15,632 nucleotides of DNA, from positions 1 to 15,632 of the forward strand of contig JANJXX010000013.1 of the NCBI GenBank assembly GCA_024720975.1. The letters run 5' to 3'. The notes beneath the pieces are model-generated. The model was not told the origin of the DNA. It ran no database searches and was given only the letters and a program-made list of their open reading frames with translations. The translations under genes were made by a program, and so were the position numbers. Source of the stretch: Thermoproteota archaeon (GTDB lineage: Archaea > Asgardarchaeota > Njordarchaeia > Njordarchaeales > Panguiarchaeaceae). Shown in pieces: positions 1 through 6,927 of the stretch (the first letter of the stretch is position 1; every line of letters begins with the position of its first letter).

Positions 1-2
1 TC

Positions 3-170
3 AATCTACTAAGGAGAGGTCTTATATCAAGAGATGAAATAAAGAATTCACCAAATAGGAGAGAAATCCTAGCTGCACTTAGGATTTTGCGTATACTTAG
101 ACTGATCAAAAGCAGAGGCAACGTGATTTACATATCTCAAGATGGTGTAGATAGGCTGCTAATAATATGA
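3..170 (+). CDS. 3' end of a gene truncated by the window edge; probable winged-helix domain protein
   Basis: My translation of frame 3 is open from the edge to TGA at 168-170: NLLRRGLISRDEIKNSPNRREILAALRILRILRLIKSRGNVIYISQDGVDRLLII*. The L..L...LI...G..YIS..G pattern resembles a wHTH recognition helix plus wing. Not in the ORF track because the start lies outside the window. Confidence 0.55.
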   Translation, partial: NLLRRGLISRDEIKNSPNRREILAALRILRILRLIKSRGNVIYISQDGVDRLLII

Positions 171-293
171 ATCGACCCCAGCAAAGTATATAATACTACA
201 GCAAATAATGAGTAGTTTTTGTCGGCTTTATTTTCAAGGTAAACATTTAAATACAATCTAAGATTATATCTTCTATTATAGTATTTAACACCG

Positions 294-1211
294 GTGATAG
301 TAGTGAGCATACACGAAGGCTTAGTCCAGAGAAGGGCATTCTTCCCGATTTCGCCGTTTCTAGTGCCGTTGATTCTTGCAATGATTGTGACAGTGCTTTC
401 GGCACTATTTGGCGCTGACCCAATAACAACATTTCTTTTCACATTCTTACTTTTCATGTTAGTATTTGGATTGCCACTGCTGCTATCTGGGCTGGCGATT
501 CTGCCCGAATATGGGAGAGCAGCGGTCCTTCGCTTGGGCAGATACAAGGGGATTCTAGGCCCCGGAGTGATTATTAGAGATCGCATTTTAGATACAATTC
601 TAAGATTTGACCTCCGAATTCAAACTATTGACATCCCGCAACAAGAAGTTTTAACTAAGGACAACGTTAGTATGAAGATCGACACCGTACTGATATATAG
701 GGTCTACGATCCAGGAAGAGCGTTCATAACATTGAAAAATATAGAGCAGGTTTTGTTCCAATATGGTCAAGCGGTTATGCGTGAGGTCGTTGGTATCCAT
801 GAGCTTGATGAAGTAGTTCAAAAGCGCGAAGAACTGGCAAAAATAATACAGCAGGAAGTAGATAAGCTTGTTGGTGAGTGGGGGATAAAGATAATTAGCG
901 TTGCTCTTCAAAAAATGCTCATACCAGATACCATGATAAGAGCGATGGCCATGCAAGCTGAAGCCGAGCGGGAGAAAAGAGCCAAAATCATCAGTGCAGA
1001 GGGTGAATTGCGGGCTGCGCAGATAATGGCTGAGGCGGCTTCATACTATGCTAACAATCCCCATGCTCTTAGATTAAGGGAACTAACAACACTAGTTGAA
1101 ATATCCAGAGAAAAGAACGTCATAGTACTTTATCCAACCACCTTTGGTCAACTAGAGCAAACACTCGCCGCGGCTGTGGCTCTCAAGAAAGCGACTGAGA
1201 GTAGTAAGTGA
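294..1211 (+). CDS. SPFH/band-7 stomatin-like (slipin) membrane protein
   Basis: Two N-terminal hydrophobic segments, then EYGRAAVLRLGR..GPG, DLRIQTIDIPQQEVLTKDNV and RAMAMQAEAEREKRAKIISAEGE, all typical of stomatin. True start may be GTG at 303, after GGTGA at 293-297. Confidence 0.95.
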   Translation: MIVVSIHEGLVQRRAFFPISPFLVPLILAMIVTVLSALFGADPITTFLFTFLLFMLVFGLPLLLSGLAILPEYGRAAVLRLGRYKGILGPGVIIRDRILDTILRFDLRIQTIDIPQQEVLTKDNVSMKIDTVLIYRVYDPGRAFITLKNIEQVLFQYGQAVMREVVGIHELDEVVQKREELAKIIQQEVDKLVGEWGIKIISVALQKMLIPDTMIRAMAMQAEAEREKRAKIISAEGELRAAQIMAEAASYYANNPHALRLRELTTLVEISREKNVIVLYPTTFGQLEQTLAAAVALKKATESSK

Positions 1212-1627
1212 GCAAACTGGTGTTCATTGTGGATGTTTTAAGTTTGATTCTACTTCTACTATTTTTTTCCACTTTCATTGCACTTGAATTAGCTGCAGCC
1301 CAGGCAGAGCTAAGCGCTACTTTAGTAATCCTAGCCGTTTTTGTCATACTTATGCTTTTTATAATATATGTGATAGTGAAGTATTCCGCTAAAATAAAAC
1401 CAGAACTACTTATTCCGACGTATGATCATTCCATTTCAACGCTAGGCGATACTTGTGAGGTACTCGAGGACATAACGCCCGCAAATACTGGCTGGGTACG
1501 TTACAGAGGTGAATTATGGCAAGCTACTTCCGTGAGAAGCGTATTTAAGAAGGGTGATATCGCTTACGTAGTTGCTATTAGGGGTACTATTCTAATAATA
1601 GAACGTGAACCACCCCTTAGATTATGA
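1208..1627 (+). CDS. Short NfeD-family protein (two TM helices plus C-terminal OB-fold)
   Basis: G..CEVLEDI.P...GWVRYRGELWQA.S....KKGD..YVV..RG..LII matches the NfeD C-terminal domain. GTGA overlap with the SPFH stop codon. Confidence 0.88.
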   Translation: MSKLVFIVDVLSLILLLLFFSTFIALELAAAQAELSATLVILAVFVILMLFIIYVIVKYSAKIKPELLIPTYDHSISTLGDTCEVLEDITPANTGWVRYRGELWQATSVRSVFKKGDIAYVVAIRGTILIIEREPPLRL

Positions 1628-1639
1628 ATTAATTCAATA

Positions 1640-2875
1640 TTATATCCATACATCTTCTATGCGAGCTCCAGTGTCTACATCAACACACCAAGCAGCTTTA
1701 GAGCCCTCTGCAAGGACTTCCTGTATTATTTCATTGATCGTGTCTTTAGAGTCAGTAAATGCGATAACTGAACCACCAAGTCCGGCGCCACTTATTTTTG
1801 CACAGCACGCCCCAGCCTCAAATGCAGCTTCAATAATCCTCTCTATACTTGGGAGACTTACATCATAAAGATCTCTTAGTAATTCGTGCTGCTTGTTAAT
1901 TATTGCGCACAAAATTTCTTTAGGATTTTCAGCATATACGCCCAGCTGTCTAAGTCTATTTAAATCATTTGCATTGAGTGTCTCATCCTTTAATATCTTT
2001 ACTGCTATTCGAGTGAGATCATTCATTCTTATTGTGAACAATATCCTCTTAGCCGGGATATCGTCGATACTTTGTAAGAATGGTTTTATATCCTCTTCTT
2101 TTAAATTCTCCCATTTAATAGCATTGTGGTCGCCCTCTAACTTCTCTCTGAGATCGTCAGGTAGGTCTAAAGATAGAAGTTGCTGCACTCCTCTGCGGAT
2201 TTCCTCTTGTCTTTGAGGGTGAATATTGGCAGTTTTGTGTTTGATTCCAGAATCAATTACAATCATATAGAATGGAGGTTTATTGAGCCTTAGAACAGTT
2301 GGTGTCCACGTTGGTTTTAAGTACATAACACCTCCATATGCAGCTGCATACTGATCTAACCTGCCACAGGGTATTCCCATAACCATATTCTCAGCTCTAA
2401 AAGCTATCTCTGCTAGCATCATTGTAGGGAGATCAATTTTAAGTAGTTCAGCTAATAGTCTTATGAAAGCTACTTCATAGCTTCCACTGCTCCCCATTCC
2501 ACTGCCAATTGGTATGTCCGAACTTATAATAATTCTGTAACCTTTGTTTATTGGAGTCTTTGTCGCCATCAGTAATGAGTAAATGCAGGCCTTTATGTAA
2601 TCACTAAAATCTTGTCCTCTTGGGGTAAAATCCGTTATTTCAAATACCCTCTCTGGCTCGCCTTCTAGATCTAACGATTTTATAGAGAAAACGCTTTCCG
2701 TCTCCTCGACAGCAGCTAAATAAATACGCTTATTAACCGCGATCGCCACTACGGGCAGTCCTTTGTAGTCCTGGTGTGTGTTTAGAAAGTCGATTCTACC
2801 GGGTGCAGACGCTACTTTTAATGGTTTTAACCCCTCACCTAAAAGGAATTCCAGTAATCTATCTTTGGCCTTCAT
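1640..2875 (-). CDS. galK: Galactokinase-like GHMP-family sugar kinase
   Basis: SAPGRIDFLNTHQDY (GalK N-terminal motif variant), PIGSGMGSSG (GHMP ATP loop), CGRLDQY and KISGAGLGG. I place the start at ATG 2875 (MKAKDRL); the ORF-track extension to 2944 looks non-coding. Substrate uncertain. Confidence 0.8.
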   Translation of the reverse strand: MKAKDRLLEFLLGEGLKPLKVASAPGRIDFLNTHQDYKGLPVVAIAVNKRIYLAAVEETESVFSIKSLDLEGEPERVFEITDFTPRGQDFSDYIKACIYSLLMATKTPINKGYRIIISSDIPIGSGMGSSGSYEVAFIRLLAELLKIDLPTMMLAEIAFRAENMVMGIPCGRLDQYAAAYGGVMYLKPTWTPTVLRLNKPPFYMIVIDSGIKHKTANIHPQRQEEIRRGVQQLLSLDLPDDLREKLEGDHNAIKWENLKEEDIKPFLQSIDDIPAKRILFTIRMNDLTRIAVKILKDETLNANDLNRLRQLGVYAENPKEILCAIINKQHELLRDLYDVSLPSIERIIEAAFEAGACCAKISGAGLGGSVIAFTDSKDTINEIIQEVLAEGSKAAWCVDVDTGARIEDVWI

Positions 2876-2982
2876 CTGTCTCACAGTGTTGGATGATGCA
2901 TTAAGAAAGTAATTGTGGGCTAATGGAAAACAAGCATAAAGCACTCATATAACTATAATTTATTAGATAACTTCGCGGGTTT

Positions 2983-3924
2983 TTAGGGTTTGATTCTAGT
3001 TCCAGACAGACCCTTTATCACGTTCAAGGCTTGTTCTAAGTGACCAATTCGAGCCTCCCGTCCTCCGGCCTCTAGGAATTTTATAGCTGCAAGGACTTTC
3101 GGTCCCATAGACCCCGCTGGAAAGTGACCGGCATCATAATATTGCTTTATTTCATTAAGCGTAATTTCTCTCAGTGGTATTCTCTTTGCATTGTTTTCAA
3201 AATCTAAGTAGACGTAGTCAACGTCAGTAAGTATCACAAGTAAATCAGCTCTAAGAATCCTAGCCAATAGTGAGGACGCTAAATCCTTATCTATGACAGC
3301 TTCTATTCCTTCAAAGCATCCGTTCTCAAAGACTACTGGAATGCCACCACCTCCAACGGTTATTGGAACGATTCCAAGTTCAAGTAGTTTCATAATCACC
3401 TCCTTCTCGACGACATCTATAGGCTCAGGTGACGGAACAACACGCCTCCATCCGCCTCTGGGATCTGGCTTCATTATCCATCCTTTCTCTTTCATAAGTC
3501 TCTTAGCTTCCTCTTCTGTGTAGTACGGTCCGATGAATTTAGTCGGGTTTTGGAAAGCAGGATCGTTCCGTCTCACAACAACTTGTGTTACTATTGTTAC
3601 TACTTCGCGCTTAAGCCCCCTCCTAGCAAATTCGTTTTTTAGTGATTGCTGAAGCATATATCCTATCAATGCCTGTGTCTCCGCGTTAATAACATCCAAG
3701 GGCATTGGGGGAACTATATCTTTGGCAGCATCATTTTGAATTGCAATAGCTCCTGCTTGGGGACCGTTTCCATGAGTTATCACTAGCTCCAATTCTGGTT
3801 CGTTTTCTATTATATCAGCCAGAAATTTAGCTGTTCTTCGGGCGTTTTCCAACTGATCAGTATACATTCCCTTTTGATTTTTCTGAAGAAGTGCATTCCC
3901 ACCAAGAGCAACGACAACCCTCAC
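2983..3924 (-). CDS. arcC: Carbamate kinase
   Basis: VVVALGGNAL, ITHGNGPQ, DPAFQNPTKFIGP, GWRRVVPSPEP, GGGGIPV, EAVIDKD and GSMGPKV. Start placed at GTG 3924, 5 nt after a GGTGA SD on the minus strand. Confidence 0.96.
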   Translation of the reverse strand: MRVVVALGGNALLQKNQKGMYTDQLENARRTAKFLADIIENEPELELVITHGNGPQAGAIAIQNDAAKDIVPPMPLDVINAETQALIGYMLQQSLKNEFARRGLKREVVTIVTQVVVRRNDPAFQNPTKFIGPYYTEEEAKRLMKEKGWIMKPDPRGGWRRVVPSPEPIDVVEKEVIMKLLELGIVPITVGGGGIPVVFENGCFEGIEAVIDKDLASSLLARILRADLLVILTDVDYVYLDFENNAKRIPLREITLNEIKQYYDAGHFPAGSMGPKVLAAIKFLEAGGREARIGHLEQALNVIKGLSGTRIKP

Positions 3925-4037
3925 ATTTATCACCAACAAGTCAAGATAGATAATTTATTGTACGGCAATCCTGCTTAGAGTTGATTATCCTACGAAGTAC
4001 TCAATGTTTTTTATAGTGTTTTAAATGGTATTAATAG

Positions 4038-5276
4038 GTGAAAGACTTGTCAATAAGAGCTCTGAGCAAAGGATTTACCTTAGCTAAGAGGTCAAAAAGG
4101 ACATGGGTCTTCATGATACTATTCTCACTCCTGATTTGGATGATAGCAGTAAACATAAACCAAATCCACAGGCTTGAAACAGATGAATTGCTAAATCTAA
4201 GAGGAGTCTCAGTATTATTCACAAGCGGAATTATGACTGAGAAACAATTTGCCCAAAGCAATTTTATTGACATCATTAATGATGTATCAGAGTATACTCG
4301 AGGAGTTTATCTCCTCTGTGGATCCGTACTAAGATTAGACTTAACAACGATAGCCTTTGTCTGGCTTAAGCCTTACCAAAATATGATGTATAGCCCCGAG
4401 CTGAGTTGGGTTGTTGAGCAAATAAAGCCGACGAAAATTGTTGAAGGCAGAGCCCTAAACATGGATTCAGAACGGGATGCAATAGTTGGAAAGAGGTTTA
4501 GCATAAATTTTCAAGTTAGCGATAAAATTATCAACGTTTCTGCAACTATTGGAAGTAAGGTGGAATTCAAATTTGGAACGAAGCTAGTTTTGCTAGAGAT
4601 TGTTGGTGTTTCAAGTGATGACTTTAGTTCCTTCGCCGAGTTGTTAAGCAAAGCAACAGGGCTATCAATTAGTGCCTCGTCAATACTCTTCACCACTCAA
4701 AATTTCGTCAAAGAACTAGGCGGTGAAATAATAAATCCAGATAACACTTATATCTTGAGAGTCATTTTCACAGCTAAAGGTGAAATTGGACTTCTTAACA
4801 TAGCTGCCGGAAGAGTAATAGATGCGAACAGAAACAAGATAGAGAGTAGGATAAAGGAGAGCGCTTACAGTGGTCTACTAGGTGAAATCTCACCAAAAAT
4901 CTCCGGTCGTGAGTATGAACAAACAATGGTGATAGTTTTGACATCAACACTTATAATGATATTAATAACACTAATGTATGCGTTTATCCTCGTGAGTTTT
5001 AGAAAATACGACATAGCAACCCTAAGAGCTATAGGATGGGGATCAAAACACATATTTATGCTTACCCTAGGGGAATTCACACTAACGATACTACTGGGCT
5101 ACTTTGTAGGCGTAATTTCCAGCATGGTGTTCTTCACCTATAACAGAGTTCCCTTCTCGCACTTGGCTTATGTAGGGGCATTCGGAATAGTCATTCTATC
5201 TCTACTTATTGGTCTGCTAATAATACGTCAGAGAGTTCTCAAGATCCCGCCAATGGAAGCATTCAGAATGCATTAA
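4038..5276 (+). CDS. FtsX/MacB-like ABC transporter permease
   Basis: One N-terminal TM helix, a large extracytoplasmic region (IVEGR...DAIVG), then three TM helices with RKYDIATLRAIGW...I and a terminal I.PMEAFR. These are hallmarks of the FtsX-like permease family. Confidence 0.88.
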   Translation: MKDLSIRALSKGFTLAKRSKRTWVFMILFSLLIWMIAVNINQIHRLETDELLNLRGVSVLFTSGIMTEKQFAQSNFIDIINDVSEYTRGVYLLCGSVLRLDLTTIAFVWLKPYQNMMYSPELSWVVEQIKPTKIVEGRALNMDSERDAIVGKRFSINFQVSDKIINVSATIGSKVEFKFGTKLVLLEIVGVSSDDFSSFAELLSKATGLSISASSILFTTQNFVKELGGEIINPDNTYILRVIFTAKGEIGLLNIAAGRVIDANRNKIESRIKESAYSGLLGEISPKISGREYEQTMVIVLTSTLIMILITLMYAFILVSFRKYDIATLRAIGWGSKHIFMLTLGEFTLTILLGYFVGVISSMVFFTYNRVPFSHLAYVGAFGIVILSLLIGLLIIRQRVLKIPPMEAFRMH

Positions 5277-5348
5277 ATTATGGAAACTTAAAAGAAGTTG
5301 TTAATAGTCTATCCTTTAATTTAGAAATGAGCTTGAAGGTGAGCCTCT

Positions 5349-6197
5349 ATGAGAAAGCTTCTCCAGGACGAAAAAATTTTAGAGGTTGTTTCACCGCATC
5401 CTGTAAGCTTCTGGCCGTACTACGTCTTCTTCTTATATTACATAATAGTAGGCGGATATATGTACGCGAAATATGACGAATTCCTGCAAAGTTTAATGAA
5501 TACCGTCGGAATAGAGTTGCTAGCAGAGATACTTCTAGTAGCTGCTTGGTGGCTAATTCTAGCAATTCCTGCAATAATATTTAGTCTCTTGCAAATATCA
5601 TCCAAGTGGGCTATATTTTATGTCTTAATAGCTGTTATTGGAACTTATGCACTTAAGAAGCAGATGATAGCTCTGGGTCATATATGGCTCATAACAATGG
5701 GAGTTGGAGTCCTAGGTTTCATACTGACAGAATCATATCGTCGGGCACATAAATATATTGTAACAAACAAAAGAATAATAATGGGTAAATACATGGGAAT
5801 ATTTGGAGCACATGAGCGTGAAATTCTCTACTCAAAAATAGAAGATTTGATACTACAACAAGGATTTTTAGGAAAACTACTTAACTATGGAACAATAATA
5901 CCCACGGCAGCAAGTGGATTAGGGACTGGTGTTGATGCTTCGAGGGTAAGCGCAGGTGCTGGAGTCGGAGCCGGAAAAGGAGGTATAGGTGCAGGAGCCG
6001 GGATTACTGTTGGTGGTGAAAGGGGAGTCGTTGCGCCTCGTGGACGTTCTTGGTTCATATTATACGGAGTGCCTGATCCACAGCGTATATATGATTTGAT
6101 TTTCTCTCAAATGCATGAAAGAGAAGCAGCTCAATATCTGCAAAAGCAAGTTGAGTTACTCGAGGAACTAGTAAGTAAGAAAAAGGAGGAAAAATAA
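5349..6197 (+). CDS. Membrane protein with bacterial PH (bPH_2, YdbS/YdbT-like) domain and Gly-rich insertion
   Basis: N-terminal L..DEKIL....P, about four TM helices, then YIVTNKRII...GIFG...REI.YSKI.D....QG.LG.LLNYGTI and ..GVPDP..I. GAAGGTGA lies upstream of the start. Confidence 0.82.
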   Translation: MRKLLQDEKILEVVSPHPVSFWPYYVFFLYYIIVGGYMYAKYDEFLQSLMNTVGIELLAEILLVAAWWLILAIPAIIFSLLQISSKWAIFYVLIAVIGTYALKKQMIALGHIWLITMGVGVLGFILTESYRRAHKYIVTNKRIIMGKYMGIFGAHEREILYSKIEDLILQQGFLGKLLNYGTIIPTAASGLGTGVDASRVSAGAGVGAGKGGIGAGAGITVGGERGVVAPRGRSWFILYGVPDPQRIYDLIFSQMHEREAAQYLQKQVELLEELVSKKKEEK

Positions 6198-6223
6198 GCA
6201 CTGCGACCTGTAATCCTAAACCT

Positions 6224-6394
6224 TCATTTTTTGAAATAATGCTCAATAACCAAAATTTTATTCTCTCACATCAGAGTTTCAGTAATCCCATCAGAGCAGC
6301 AAACAATGATCTCACTTCTGGGTAAATGAAATACAGGCTCATAAGTTTTTTTACTTATGCTCAGAAGAGAAGCAAAATCATTCCGAGGTTTCTG
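6224..6394 (-). pseudogene. Possible remnant of a PP2C/PPM-family phosphatase
   Basis: My translation: QKPRNDFASLLSISKKTYEPVFHLPRSEIIVCCSDGITETLM*ENKILVIEHYFKK*. IIVCCSDGITE resembles the PPM motif (L/I)LCSDG(L/I)(T/W)(D/E). No start codon and an internal stop. Confidence 0.35.
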
Positions 6395-6440
6395 CTAATT
6401 AATTTGGGGAGCGATATCCTAACGAGATAATCATCAATAG

Positions 6441-6447
6441 CTTAAAA
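6441..6447 (+). promoter_or_regulatory. Putative TATA box of the metal-uptake operon
   Basis: CTTAAAA lies immediately upstream of the palindromic operator pair and about 45 nt before ATG 6490. Confidence 0.45.
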
Positions 6448-6454
6448 CAGGTCA

Positions 6455-6491
6455 ATTAGAGTAAACCTAATACTATTAGGGTGACCCTAAT
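6455..6491. promoter_or_regulatory. Tandem 17-bp palindromic DtxR-family operator boxes
   Basis: ATTAGAGTAAACCTAAT (6455-6471) and the perfect palindrome ATTAGGGT-G-ACCCTAAT (6475-6491), 20 bp apart. They resemble TTAGG...CCTAA DtxR/SirR-type boxes and sit directly at the start of a DtxR-family gene. Confidence 0.8.
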
Positions 6492-6927
6492 GCCGAGTAG
6501 ACCTACCACAAAGCGTGAGGCTGCCGTTCTTAGGTTTATCTATGAACAATTTAAGGATAAGCCTATAGTTGGTGTAAGTGACGTCGCCAAATTCTTGGGC
6601 ATATCTCCAGCGTCAGCATTTGAAATAATCAATAGGATAGTTAAAAAAGAGCTATTAACTAGAATCAAGCGACGCGGTTATGTTTTAACAAAGAGCGGCC
6701 TTAGCGAAGCGGAAAAACTTGTATTCATTCATAGAGTCCTCGAGTATGTTTTCTTTAAAGTATTCGGAATGAGTCCTGAGAATGCTTGCAAATTAGCGGC
6801 GCAAATAGATTACTTAGTTGAAGTGCATAATGCTAATAAAGCCTTCGAATCTCTTGAATGTCCAACACACTGTCCGTGCAATAAAGAAATCCCTAGGATA
6901 AAATTGGTGGCTGCTAATGAACGCTAG
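6490..6927 (+). CDS. DtxR/MntR-family metal-dependent transcriptional regulator
   Basis: wHTH VGVSDVAKFLGISPASAFEIINRI...GYVLTKSG, dimerisation helix HRVLE and C-terminal CPTHCPC (canonical P..CPHG). Start is likely ATG 6490 with SD GGGTGA at 6479-6484; the ORF track starts at GTG 6481. Confidence 0.92.
   Translation: MPSRPTTKREAAVLRFIYEQFKDKPIVGVSDVAKFLGISPASAFEIINRIVKKELLTRIKRRGYVLTKSGLSEAEKLVFIHRVLEYVFFKVFGMSPENACKLAAQIDYLVEVHNANKAFESLECPTHCPCNKEIPRIKLVAANER

Noticed and set aside
247-288. Inverted repeat TTAAATAC...GTATTTAA with an internal AATCT-A-AGATT upstream of the SPFH gene
   Set aside because: The arms are short and AT-only with a 26-nt spacer, overlapping TATA-like sequence, so it cannot be distinguished from chance.
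6361-6437. Possible box C/D sRNA on the minus strand (TTGATGA ... CAGA ... TGATTT ... CTGA)
   Set aside because: The first spacer is about 36 nt, versus about 12 in typical archaeal guides. The C' box is poor and there is no terminal stem. A snoscan/Infernal run could revisit it.
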